NCBI GenBank assembly: GCA_963828415.1 | Contig: CAWHEI010000015.1 | Location: 180,285-244,284 of the forward strand | Direction of reading: 5' to 3' | From: Ilumatobacteraceae bacterium | Lineage (GTDB): Bacteria > Actinomycetota > Acidimicrobiia > Acidimicrobiales > Ilumatobacteraceae | Length of the DNA: 64,000 nt | Shown here: one piece after another, positions 1-9,023 of the stretch | Layout: the number at the start of each line of letters is the position of its first letter | Numbering within the stretch: position 1 is the stretch's first letter | Notes under the pieces: model-generated | What the model saw: only the letters and a program-made list of their open reading frames with translations | The model's database searches: none | Told to the model about the DNA's origin: nothing | Position numbers and translations under genes: made by a program

Positions 1-655
1 CCTCGGGGCGCTGCTCGCGTGCGCTGTCGACGTCGAAACCGACTGACTCGAGCAAGCGCGCCACCTCCGGGTCGGCGACCACTTCGGCCCATTCGGCTGC
101 GCTCGACGCCGAGAAACCGGCCGACGACCAGGTCGCTGCAGCCTCGGCCGACAGTCCCCGATCAATCCATTCCAACGCCTTCTTGACCTTGACCCCGGCC
201 GCTTCGGCATAGGCGATCTCGGCCGGGCTCCGCCCCGATCGCAAGTACGCCAGCGCCTTGGACGGCTTGAGGCCGCCCTCGGTGACGTCCGCGAGTTGGG
301 CAGCCTCGGCAACGTCCGCGTCGGTCTTCGCCCACGGAGCAAACTGCTTGCCCGACGTGAAGCCACGATCGATGGCGCGCAGAATCGTCGCCGCGTCGAA
401 GCCCTCCCAGGTCTCGACGAACGCGGTGTCAGTCGGCAGCCCACGCGCCTCGAGCGAGGCAGCGAACGCAGCGTCGGGGGCCGGGCGTCCCGAGCGGCGG
501 AACTCGGTGATCTCGTCGGTGGTGAGCGACGAGTCGTACCAGCGCGCCGCATGCGGTGGCGGGAGTGTCGCATCGCGGAACATGATCGTGACGACTGCAT
601 CTGGCAATCCCGACGCGATCCAGCGTTCCCGGTCCTGGCGATCAGCGTGCGTCAT
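1..655 (-). CDS. hypothetical protein, partial (3' end lies beyond the left edge)
   Basis: The minus-strand frame is open from ATG 655 to position 1. It is absent from the ORF track because its stop is outside the window. GC3 is high. It has Trp/acidic helical repeats (ARWYDSSLTTDEITEF, ETWEGFDAATILRAI, AEWAEVVADPEVARLL). No family recognised. Confidence 0.55.
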   Translation of the reverse strand, partial: MTHADRQDRERWIASGLPDAVVTIMFRDATLPPPHAARWYDSSLTTDEITEFRRSGRPAPDAAFAASLEARGLPTDTAFVETWEGFDAATILRAIDRGFTSGKQFAPWAKTDADVAEAAQLADVTEGGLKPSKALAYLRSGRSPAEIAYAEAAGVKVKKALEWIDRGLSAEAAATWSSAGFSASSAAEWAEVVADPEVARLLESVGFDVDSAREQRPE

Positions 656-730
656 CGCGCCATGATCCCCGTTCGGGGCCGCCGACCGCAAACAGCCCGC
701 CCGCCACCACCCCGACTCCACCCCGTCACA

Positions 731-931
731 CCCCGTTTGTGCGCAGATTCGGGTGACCCGCCCCACCCGGAATGCAACGCAAACGGGAGAGACCCCGCGC
801 TGCACCGTTTGTGCGCAGATTCGGGTGACCCGTCCCACCCGGAATGCAACGCAAACGGGAGAGACCCCGCGCTGCACCGTTGGTGCGCAGATTCGGGTGA
901 GCCGTCCCACCCGGAATGCAACGCAAACGGG
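731..931. repeat. Family A hairpin repeat, 3 tandem units of 72 bp
   Basis: Each unit is a ~57-nt imperfect hairpin, CCCGTTTGTGCGCAGATTCGGGTG-acccgcc-CCACCCGGAATGCAACGCAAACGGG. Units start at 731, 803 and 875. A related single copy lies at 11421..11478. Confidence 0.9.
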
Positions 932-949
932 ATGGGGGGTTGGCGAGGC

Positions 950-1834
950 TCAGCGGAGGGGGGCGATGACCTGTTCGGAGAAGCGCAGAATCGGATCGGT
1001 CGACGGTGGGTTGCCGAAGTCCATCACCACGTGGTCGACGCCGACCTCGTGCCAGCGGGCGATCAGCTCGTGCAACTCGGCCGACTCGGCGTCGGTCTCG
1101 GGTAGCGCACGCTCGATCGTGATGCCGGTCTCGATGTCGACCGGATCCCGTCCCGCGGCGGTGGCGGCACGCTTGACGATGTCGTACTTGCGCAGCCAGT
1201 CGTCCTCCTTGCGGGACATGTTGTGCCACATGTCGGCGATCCGTCCCGCCAGCGGCAGGCCGACCTGCTCGCCGTTCGCGCCGATGCACACCGGCGGCAC
1301 CACCTCAGGCAAGGGCGGAGCGGCTGCGCCGTCGATCGAGAAGTACGTGCCCTCGAAGCTGGGATCGTCCTCGGTCCACATCAGCCGACAGATCGTCACG
1401 ACCTCCTCGAGTTGCGCGTATCGCACCGACGGCGACGGGAACTCGTAGCCATACGCCGTGTACTCGTCGCCGCGCCAGCCGGCACCGATGCCGAGCATGA
1501 ATCGGTTCTCGGAGAACACCTGCAACGTGGCGGCCATCTTGGCGGTGAGCGCCGGCGGCCGGTAGCCCTGGCCGAGCACGTGGTGGCACAGCTGCACATC
1601 GGGGAACTTCGCGGCCAACCAGGTGAGCGACGTCCACGCTTCGACGAACGGATCGGTCTTCGCGTCGAATCCCCAGAAGTGATCGGCCACCCACATCGAG
1701 TCGAAGTGGTCGTTGACGGTCGGCAGGATGTACTTCGCCTGCTCGACGACGATCGGCTTGTGATCGCTCCAGCGGTTGCCGATGCACGGCGAGAGCCAAC
1801 CGAATCGGAGCGGACGTCGTTGTGCTGCAGCCAT
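950..1834 (-). CDS. LLM-class (luciferase-like) flavin/F420-dependent oxidoreductase
   Basis: 294-aa ORF with luciferase-like monooxygenase motifs (FDSMWVADHFW, MLGIGAGW, MWTEDDPSFEGTYF) and good GC3 bias. Confidence 0.85.
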   Translation of the reverse strand: MAAAQRRPLRFGWLSPCIGNRWSDHKPIVVEQAKYILPTVNDHFDSMWVADHFWGFDAKTDPFVEAWTSLTWLAAKFPDVQLCHHVLGQGYRPPALTAKMAATLQVFSENRFMLGIGAGWRGDEYTAYGYEFPSPSVRYAQLEEVVTICRLMWTEDDPSFEGTYFSIDGAAAPPLPEVVPPVCIGANGEQVGLPLAGRIADMWHNMSRKEDDWLRKYDIVKRAATAAGRDPVDIETGITIERALPETDAESAELHELIARWHEVGVDHVVMDFGNPPSTDPILRFSEQVIAPLR

Positions 1835-1920
1835 GCGGCGAACCTACCGTGTCGAGCGCTGCGGGAACTCGGGTCGGAGGCCCCTACCCCAACCGAAGGC
1901 CCCCTGCGAACGTTGTTGTC

Positions 1921-3019
1921 GTGGGAAGCGCGTCGCTGATCGACGCGGCCGCGTCCGGCCGGGTGTTGACCGACGGGCTCGGACCGCTCGTCGCTCGCCT
2001 GCGTGAGCGCGGCTGCACCGTCGTCGCTCCCGTCGCCAAGGATCGAGTGGTCGCCCTCGGCGAGATCGAGTCGGCGGACGAACTCGCCACGGGCTGGGTC
2101 GACGTCCAGGAGCCGGGCCACTACTGCGCCGAGTCGAGCACCACCGGTCCGTTCCGACACGCCGCGCCCGCCGCACCATGGAAACGATGGCTGCACCCCG
2201 AACAGCGCCTCGTCGTGCGGATGCGATCGGGCAGTGCTCGACCGGATCTCGACACGACCGACCGCACCGGTCGCACCACTCGCCTTCCTCGGCATCCAGT
2301 CCTGCGACCTCGCCGCGATCGGACGGCTCGACGTGGTGCTGGCAAACGACGAGGACTACTGCACACGACGCGAGTCGCTCGTGATCGTCGCCGTCGCATG
2401 CACCGACCCTGCCGCTGACTGCTTCTGTGTGTCGGCCGGAACGGGCCCATGGCCCGGCCCGGGCGCCGACATCGTGTTGCGAATGCTCGACGACGACACG
2501 CTGCTCGCGACCCCCATCACCACCAGCGGCGCCGACCTGCTCGACGAGATCGGCCCACTCCGCGATGCGACGCCCGCCGAGATCGCCGCCGCCGACCAAC
2601 ACATCGCCACCGGTGCGGCCCGCCAGACCCGGCGGCTCGACCCCTCGGCGATCGCCGCCGCAGCGGCCGCTCCCGACGGCCCGGGCTGGGAGGCGGTGGC
2701 CGAGCGCTGCCTGACCTGCGGCAACTGCACGTTCGTCTGCCCCACCTGCTTCTGCACCTCGGTGGTCGACTCGGCTGCGCTGGACGGCAGCGCCTTCGAA
2801 CGCCACGAGCGATGGGACAGCTGCTTCTCGCTCGACTTCGCCCACGTCCACGGCGGTTCGGTCCGCACGTCGGCCGCCTCGCGCTACCGCCAGTGGTACC
2901 TGCACAAGCTCGTCACCTGGCACGACCAGTTCGGCGAGTCCGGCTGCGTGGGCTGCGGGCGATGCATCACCTGGTGCCCGACCGGCATCGACATCACGGA
3001 GGCGATCGACCATGGCTGA
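1921..3019 (+). CDS. [NiFe] hydrogenase beta subunit (AsrA/HydB-like 4Fe-4S protein), apparent frameshift near 2230
   Basis: The N-terminal part is in frame 1 from GTG 1921 ([18 protein letters not shown]...EPGHYCAE...[10 protein letters not shown]). The rest is in frame 2 ([52 protein letters not shown]). One base must be removed around GGG 2229-2231 to join them. Confidence 0.75.
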
Positions 3020-3539
3020 CCATCACCTCACCCGCGACCTCACCCACGACCTCACCCACCGGGACCTGACGATCCACGACCTGACGGCGGAGCTCGCCGC
3101 CAACCCGCTGCTGGGCGATCTCCGCCCCGACTTCCTCGAACTGATCGCCGGATGCTGCGTGAACATCGCGTTCGCCACGGGGCAACGGCTGATCACGGTC
3201 GGCGACCCTGCCGACCACTTCTGGATCATCCGCCACGGTCGGGTCGACGTCGAGCTGCACGGCGCCGCACGCGGCACGATCACGATCGACCGGTTGGAGC
3301 CAGGTGAGATCCTCGGCGTCTCGTGGATCGCCGCGCCGTACGTCAGCGAGTTCGATGCCACCGCGGTGGAACACGGCAGCGCCATCGAGGTCGACGCGGC
3401 GTGTCTGCGAGGCAAGTGCACCGACGATCCCGAGCTCGGCCACGAGCTCTACCGGCGCTTCGCCACCATGCTCAAGTCGCGGCTGCACGCGACACGGCTG
3501 CAGCTCCTCGATCTCTACGGACCCGGCGATGCGCGCTGA
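3012..3539 (+). CDS. cyclic-nucleotide-binding-like (Crp-type beta-barrel) domain protein
   Basis: 175 aa. ATG 3012 overlaps the beta-subunit stop. It shows the cNMP-binding barrel pattern ([53 protein letters not shown]). The N-terminus carries (DLTH)-like repeats. Confidence 0.8.
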   Translation: MADHHLTRDLTHDLTHRDLTIHDLTAELAANPLLGDLRPDFLELIAGCCVNIAFATGQRLITVGDPADHFWIIRHGRVDVELHGAARGTITIDRLEPGEILGVSWIAAPYVSEFDATAVEHGSAIEVDAACLRGKCTDDPELGHELYRRFATMLKSRLHATRLQLLDLYGPGDAR

Positions 3540-4368
3540 GTCGCCCTCGTGCACGCTGACCCCGGCGATGGCTGCGGTCGAGGCGGCGGTCGACGAGCTT
3601 GCCGACACGGTCACGATCTCGCTGACGATGCCCGACGAACTCGCCATGCCGCTGCCCGGCCAGTTCGCGATGCTCTGGGTTCCCGGCATCGGCGAGATCC
3701 CGATCTCGTACAGCGGCATCGGGCCGGGTCGGCGGGTCGACCACACCGTGCGCGCCGTCGGCGCCGCCAGCGCGGCGCTCTGCGAGCGGGCACCAGGCGA
3801 CCTGGTCGGCGTGCGCGGCCCCTTCGGGAAGGGCTGGGAACTCGACGCGCTGTCCGGCGCCGACGTGTTGATCATCGCCGGCGGGCTCGGCCTCGCTCCG
3901 CTTCGACCGGTGATCGAGGCTGCCGCCGCGGGCAGGCTGGGCGCCCGGTCGGTGCAGTTGCTCGTCGGTGCCCGAAGCCCCGACGCGATCCCCTACGCCG
4001 ACCAGATCGACGAGCGCTGGCAGACACTTCGGCCCAGGGTGACCGTCGACCGCGCCGACTCGTCGTGGACAGGCCCGGTCGGTCCGCTGCACGTCGGCCT
4101 CGCCGAACGTTTCGAGAACCCCATCGAGCGTCCCGACGAGGTCGCCGCGCTGGTCTGCGGTCCGGAGATCATGATGCAGGTGCTGAGCCGACAACTCGAC
4201 ATCGCCGGGGTCCCGAGAAGCCGTATCCAGGTCTCACTCGAACGCAACATGCAGTGCGGATTCGGGCAGTGCGGCCACTGCCAACTCGGCGCGCTGTTCA
4301 CCTGCGTCGACGGGCCGGTCGTCGACTGGGCCATCGCCGCCCCCCTGCTCGCGGTACGGGAGCGATGA
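3529..4368 (+). CDS. [NiFe] hydrogenase gamma subunit (FAD/NAD(P)-binding, 2Fe-2S; AsrB/HydG-like)
   Basis: ATG 3529 overlaps the upstream stop at 3539. It has a ferredoxin-reductase-like fold ([41 protein letters not shown]) and a C-terminal [10 protein letters not shown]...C cluster motif. Confidence 0.85.
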   Translation: MRAESPSCTLTPAMAAVEAAVDELADTVTISLTMPDELAMPLPGQFAMLWVPGIGEIPISYSGIGPGRRVDHTVRAVGAASAALCERAPGDLVGVRGPFGKGWELDALSGADVLIIAGGLGLAPLRPVIEAAAAGRLGARSVQLLVGARSPDAIPYADQIDERWQTLRPRVTVDRADSSWTGPVGPLHVGLAERFENPIERPDEVAALVCGPEIMMQVLSRQLDIAGVPRSRIQVSLERNMQCGFGQCGHCQLGALFTCVDGPVVDWAIAAPLLAVRER

Positions 4369-4369
4369 C

Positions 4370-5215
4370 ATGAGCAGCGACCTCACCACCGACCTGGCGA
4401 CCGGCACCACCGACCCGACCATCACCACCGGCCGCCCGCGTGTCGCCGTCTGGAAGTTCTCCAGCTGCGACGGGTGCCAGCTGACGCTGCTCGACTGCGA
4501 GGACGAACTGCTCGCGTTGACCGAGGTCGTCGACCTCGTCCACTTCCTCGAGGCGGGGCCGTCGGGTGACGAGGGCCCGTTCGACCTGTCGCTCGTCGAA
4601 GGCTCGATCTCGACACCCGAGGAGATCGATCGGATCCACCACGTGCGCGACGTCTCGCGCCATCTCGTGACGATCGGCGCGTGCGCCACCGCCGGAGGCA
4701 TCCAGGCCCTGCGCAACTTCGGCGACGTCGACGAACTCCTGCGGATCGTCTACGCCCGACCGGACTTCCTCTCGACCCTGGCGAACGTGTCGCCGATCAG
4801 CGAACACGTCGAGGTCGACTTCGAGCTGCGCGGCTGCCCGATCGACAAGCGCCAACTCCTCGAGGTGATCTCGGCGTTCGTGGTCGGTCGCCGACCCGAG
4901 GTGCCGAGCCACGACGTGTGCTTCGAGTGCAAGGCCGCCGGCACGGTGTGCGTGCTGGTCGCCGGCGACACGCCGTGTCTCGGGCCGGTCACCCACGCCG
5001 GCTGTGGGGCGCTGTGCCCGCGTTTCGGTCGCGGTTGCTACGGGTGCTTCGGCCCGATGGATTCCGCCCGGCCGGAACCGCTGATCGCCACACTGCGCGC
5101 ACGCGGCGTGAGCGAGGAGGAACTGACCCGTCTGTTCCACACCTTCAACGCGTGGTCCGAACCGTTCCGGGACCAGCCAGGCCCGGTGCCCGTCGAGATC
5201 GGAGCAACACGATGA
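4370..5215 (+). CDS. [NiFe] hydrogenase small (delta) subunit, NuoB/20-kDa-like
   Basis: 281 aa. It has the proximal-cluster motif KFSSCDGCQ, plus GACATAGG and a Cys-rich C-terminal region. It lies immediately upstream of, and overlaps, the large subunit gene. Confidence 0.9.
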   Translation: MSSDLTTDLATGTTDPTITTGRPRVAVWKFSSCDGCQLTLLDCEDELLALTEVVDLVHFLEAGPSGDEGPFDLSLVEGSISTPEEIDRIHHVRDVSRHLVTIGACATAGGIQALRNFGDVDELLRIVYARPDFLSTLANVSPISEHVEVDFELRGCPIDKRQLLEVISAFVVGRRPEVPSHDVCFECKAAGTVCVLVAGDTPCLGPVTHAGCGALCPRFGRGCYGCFGPMDSARPEPLIATLRARGVSEEELTRLFHTFNAWSEPFRDQPGPVPVEIGATR

Positions 5216-6552
5216 CCCACCGTGCCGGAGCCGGGCCGCTCGGCGCCGGCCCACTCGACAGCGGGGCGCTCACCCGCGTCGAGGGCGAGGGAGCGATGCA
5301 CGTCGAGATCGTCGACGGCCGCCTCGTCGGCGTGACGTTGCAGATCTACGAGCCCCCGCGGTTCTACGAGGGCTTCCTGCGCGGGCGCGGCCACACCGAA
5401 CCGCCCGACATCACGGCTCGCATCTGCGGCATCTGCCCGGTCGCCTATCAGATGTCGGCGTGTCTGGCGATCGAGCAGGCGTGCGGGGTCGAGGTCACCG
5501 ACGGCATCGCCGAGCTGCGCCGACTGCTCTACTGCGGCGAGTGGATCGAGAGTCACACGCTGCACATCCACATGCTGCACGCCCCCGACTTCCTCGGCGT
5601 CGACAGCGTCGTCGATCTCGTCGCGCTCGACCGGGCGGCGGTCGAGCGTGGGCTCGAACTGAAGAAGATCGGCAACGAGCTGCTCGAACTGATCGGCGGC
5701 CGAGCGATCCACCCGGTGAACGTGCGGGTGGGCGGCTTCTACCGTCCCCCGACTCGCGAGGCGTTGCGAGCGTTCCGGCCACGGCTCGCCCGAGCGTTGG
5801 AGCTGGCGGTCGAGGTGTGCGAGTGGGTCGCCGGCTTCGACTTTCCCGACCTCGACACCGACCACGAGCTCGTCGCGCTCGACGATGGCGACCACTACCC
5901 GGTGTTCGGCGATCGGATCGTGTCCGATCGTGGCCTCGACATCACCGTCGACGAGTTCGCACGCCACTTCGAGGAGTTCCAGGTGCCGCATTCGACGGCG
6001 AAGCACGCCCGGCTCCTCTCGCGCAGCAACTACCTCGTCGGCCCACTCGCCCGCTACCGCCTGGCCCGCGAGAAGCTCCTGCCGGCGGCCGCTGCCGCGG
6101 CGAGCGCCGCCGGTCTGGGCGCCACGTGCCCGAACCCGTTCCGCAGCATCATCGTGCGTGCGGTCGAGGTGGTCCACGCCTGTGAGGAGGCGCTGCGCAT
6201 CACCGACGGCCTGATCGACACCAGCATCGACGTCGACCCCGGATCGGTCGAGGTGCCGGCCCGGGCGGGCACCGGCCACGGCGCCACCGAGGCGCCGCGG
6301 GGTCTGCTGTACCACCGCTACACCCTCGACGAGGCCGGGACGATCACCGACGCCGAGATCGTCCCGCCGACGTCGCAGAACCAGCCGACGATCGAGCACG
6401 ACCTGTTCCACTTCGTCGAGTCGCGCCTCGACATGACCGACGACGCACTGGCCCGAGCCGCCGAGGTGACGATCCGCAACCACGATCCGTGCATCTCGTG
6501 CGCAACCCACTTCCTCGACCTCACCGTCGACCGCCGCGGGGGGACGTCATGA
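5212..6552 (+). CDS. [NiFe] hydrogenase large (alpha) subunit, group 3b-like
   Basis: ATGA overlap at 5212-5215. It has the N-terminal metal motif [11 protein letters not shown] and the C-terminal motif DPCISCATH. The subunit set beta/gamma/delta/alpha matches sulfhydrogenase-type group 3b. Confidence 0.92.
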   Translation: MTHRAGAGPLGAGPLDSGALTRVEGEGAMHVEIVDGRLVGVTLQIYEPPRFYEGFLRGRGHTEPPDITARICGICPVAYQMSACLAIEQACGVEVTDGIAELRRLLYCGEWIESHTLHIHMLHAPDFLGVDSVVDLVALDRAAVERGLELKKIGNELLELIGGRAIHPVNVRVGGFYRPPTREALRAFRPRLARALELAVEVCEWVAGFDFPDLDTDHELVALDDGDHYPVFGDRIVSDRGLDITVDEFARHFEEFQVPHSTAKHARLLSRSNYLVGPLARYRLAREKLLPAAAAAASAAGLGATCPNPFRSIIVRAVEVVHACEEALRITDGLIDTSIDVDPGSVEVPARAGTGHGATEAPRGLLYHRYTLDEAGTITDAEIVPPTSQNQPTIEHDLFHFVESRLDMTDDALARAAEVTIRNHDPCISCATHFLDLTVDRRGGTS

Positions 6553-7037
6553 GGCCCCTGGTGATCGGCGTGGGCAATCGCTGGCGCGGCGACGACGGCA
6601 TCGGTCCGAAGACGATCGAGGCGCTCGCCGCGCTCGGCGCCGACGGCCCTGAGGCTGATCTGGTTGCACTCGACGGCGAGCCGGGCCGGTTGGTCGCCGT
6701 CTGGGAGGGCCGGTCGCGCGTCGTGATCGTCGACGCCATTGTCACCGGTGACGCGTCGGGAACGGTCCATTGCATTGCGGCGCACCCCGGTGCCGGCCCC
6801 GACCGGATCGATGGTTGGCAGACAGCAACCGGCTCGCACGGCAACGGCATCGCCGCGGCGATCGCTCTGGGCCGCGCGCTCGACAGGCTTCCCGAACAGC
6901 TGGTGGTGGTCGGCGTCGAACCCGGCTGCCTCGATCACGGCGACGAGTTGTCGCCCGCGGTCGCCGCCGCGATCGACATCGTCACCGAGCTGGTCACCCA
7001 CGTCGTCAACGAGGACCTCGATTCCCCATGTGCCTGA
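6549..7037 (+). CDS. hydrogenase maturation endopeptidase (HyaD/HoxW/HycI family)
   Basis: ATGA overlap with the large subunit stop. The N-terminus is [19 protein letters not shown], followed by the VVIVDA and GSHG motifs. Confidence 0.85.
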   Translation: MRPLVIGVGNRWRGDDGIGPKTIEALAALGADGPEADLVALDGEPGRLVAVWEGRSRVVIVDAIVTGDASGTVHCIAAHPGAGPDRIDGWQTATGSHGNGIAAAIALGRALDRLPEQLVVVGVEPGCLDHGDELSPAVAAAIDIVTELVTHVVNEDLDSPCA

Positions 7038-7291
7038 GCGATCTCGGTCGAGTCGTCGATGTCGACGAGGCGCGCCACAGCGTGTCCGTCGACGTCGGCG
7101 ATCGCGTCATCCAGGTGTCGACGGTGACGCTCGGGCTCGACGGTCCCTCGCCGGCCATCGGTGACTGGCTCGTCGTCCACACCGGATTCGCCGTCGAACG
7201 CCTCACCGAAGCGGCAGCCGACGAGATTCAGCAAGCGCGACGCGGGCTCGCCCCGTCGACGCTCGAACTCGACCCGAAGGAGCGGTCATGA
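7028..7291 (+). CDS. hypC: hydrogenase assembly chaperone HypC/HupF family
   Basis: 87 aa starting MCLSDLGRVV, the HypC N-terminal Cys signature. It overlaps the protease gene by 10 nt. Confidence 0.85.
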   Translation: MCLSDLGRVVDVDEARHSVSVDVGDRVIQVSTVTLGLDGPSPAIGDWLVVHTGFAVERLTEAAADEIQQARRGLAPSTLELDPKERS

Positions 7292-8232
7292 CGAACACCA
7301 TGCGCAACACCGGCCTCGCCCTCGCGGGCGTGACCGCCGTCGTCTCCGGTCTCTCCGTCTTCGTGAACGGCTACGGCGTCGCCCACTTCGACGATGCCAC
7401 CACGTACACCACCGCCAAGAACCTCGTCACCGCCGTGGTCCTGATGGTGGCCGTCGTCGTGATGCGCGGGCGACGGGCGCCCGACGCTGCGGCACCTCCG
7501 ACCGCGAGCGCGGCGACGCGCACGCGTCGCGACACCGCAACGCTGGCCGCGATCGCGGTCATCGGAGGCAGCGTGCCGTTCGTGTTGTTCTTCGAGGGCC
7601 TGGCTCAGGTCTCGTCGACCAACGCAGCGTTCATCCACAAGACGCTGGTCGCGTGGGTGGCGATCATGGCGGTGGCGTTCCTGGGCGAACGCGTCACGGT
7701 CTGGCACGTGACGGCGATCGCGCTGATCCTGCTCGGCTATGCGCAACTGGCTGGAGGAGTCGGGTTCCCCGACGTCGGCACCGGCGAGGCGCTGCTCCTG
7801 GCCGCCACACTGTGCTGGTCGGTCGAGGTGATCCTCTCCCGCTCGCTGCTGCGGCGCGGCGTGGCCCCCATGGTCGTCAGCACGTGGCGGATGGCGGGCG
7901 GCATCGTGCTGTTGCTCGCCTGGGCGATCGTCCGCGGGGCGCTCGGCGACCTGCTCGGGCTGTCGGCCACCCAGTGGGCGTGGGCCGTGCTCACCGGCTT
8001 GTTCCTCACCGCGTACGTCGTCAGCTGGCACCACGCGCTCGCTCGGGCACCGGCGGTCGACGTGACCGCCGTGCTCAGCATCGGCGCGGTGATCACCGCG
8101 GCGCTGAACGCAGGAGTGCGCGGGGCCGTCATCGAACCGGTCGGGCTGATCCTGCTGCTCACCGGCGGGCTGCTCGTTGCGTGGGCCTCGATCGTCGGGC
8201 GCCGGACACCGCAGCAGGCGGCGGCGTTGTGA
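7288..8232 (+). CDS. EamA/DMT-family transporter
   Basis: 314 aa with about 10 hydrophobic helices in two EamA-like halves. ATGA overlap with the hypC stop. Confidence 0.8.
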   Translation: MTNTMRNTGLALAGVTAVVSGLSVFVNGYGVAHFDDATTYTTAKNLVTAVVLMVAVVVMRGRRAPDAAAPPTASAATRTRRDTATLAAIAVIGGSVPFVLFFEGLAQVSSTNAAFIHKTLVAWVAIMAVAFLGERVTVWHVTAIALILLGYAQLAGGVGFPDVGTGEALLLAATLCWSVEVILSRSLLRRGVAPMVVSTWRMAGGIVLLLAWAIVRGALGDLLGLSATQWAWAVLTGLFLTAYVVSWHHALARAPAVDVTAVLSIGAVITAALNAGVRGAVIEPVGLILLLTGGLLVAWASIVGRRTPQQAAAL

Positions 8233-8984
8233 GCGTCGATGGCGCCGTCCGGTTCGCCCGCTTCGCGGTGCCGCCGAACCAGCGCGGCTTCTGCGGCCCG
8301 GCCCGCGAGGGCGAGCTCGCCGCCTACCGAGCCGAAGAGCTGCGTGTCGATGCGGGACTGCACGAGTTGGCGTCGGGGTTCGAGGGTGCGTGGCCGTACC
8401 TCGAGTTGCTGGCGGGCGCGGCGGGCGTCGACGATCCGCTGGATGATCGGGTCGTGCAGGCCTACTGGATCGGCAACGATCTCTGCTCGCGGGTGACGCA
8501 CAACGACTGGGGTTGGCACCTCGTCGATCGATTCGGTCCGCGCGCCGGCGGCGACGTCGATCGGCTCACCGCCAGGGTCGGCAACGGCGCGGTGCCGCAC
8601 CACTCGTTCCACGTGTTCTGCGTGTATCCCTGGGTGGGGCTGCTGCGCGAGGGACTCGGCGGTGTCGAGCCGCTGCGGATCCTGGGCCAGTGTCATGTGA
8701 GCTGGGCGACGGTGATCGGTCGCAACGGCGACGACCTGCTCGTGGAGGGTCCCGAGTTGACCTGGGACGGACACGCGCTCGCGCTCGGCGGCGCCGAGCG
8801 GCGATCAGTGTGGCTCGATCCGCGTCTCGTTCGCCTCGGACACGAGATCGACGACGGCTCGGTGGTGGCGATCCACTGGAACGAGGTCGTCGACGTGCTC
8901 GATCACGGTCAACAGCGCTGGCTCGAACGGCTCACGCGCAGTCAGATCGAGGTCGCCAACGACCTCGGCGTCCCCGTGCTCTGA
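8229..8984 (+). CDS. hypothetical protein coupled to the hydrogenase operon
   Basis: 251 aa from GTG 8229, with a GTGA overlap with the EamA stop. Codon bias is strong (VRFARFAVPPNQRGFCGP..., HSFHVFCVYPWVGLL). No family recognised by eye. Confidence 0.7.
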   Translation: MSVDGAVRFARFAVPPNQRGFCGPAREGELAAYRAEELRVDAGLHELASGFEGAWPYLELLAGAAGVDDPLDDRVVQAYWIGNDLCSRVTHNDWGWHLVDRFGPRAGGDVDRLTARVGNGAVPHHSFHVFCVYPWVGLLREGLGGVEPLRILGQCHVSWATVIGRNGDDLLVEGPELTWDGHALALGGAERRSVWLDPRLVRLGHEIDDGSVVAIHWNEVVDVLDHGQQRWLERLTRSQIEVANDLGVPVL

Positions 8985-9023
8985 CCGCCCGCGCCGACCG
9001 CGACCACGCCGTACGCTGGTGCC

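Noticed and set aside
4681-5211. N-terminal extensions of real genes in the ORF track: 4681..5211 for the large subunit, 3304..3528 for gamma, 7161..8228, 9644..10096, 17553..20198 beyond 19709, 41548..43269 beyond 42813, 53525..55531 beyond 55024 and 55437..57275 beyond 55973.
   Set aside because: The extensions overlap upstream genes in another frame and are compositionally junk. Internal ATG/GTG starts give family-typical N-termini, usually with 4-nt stop/start overlaps.
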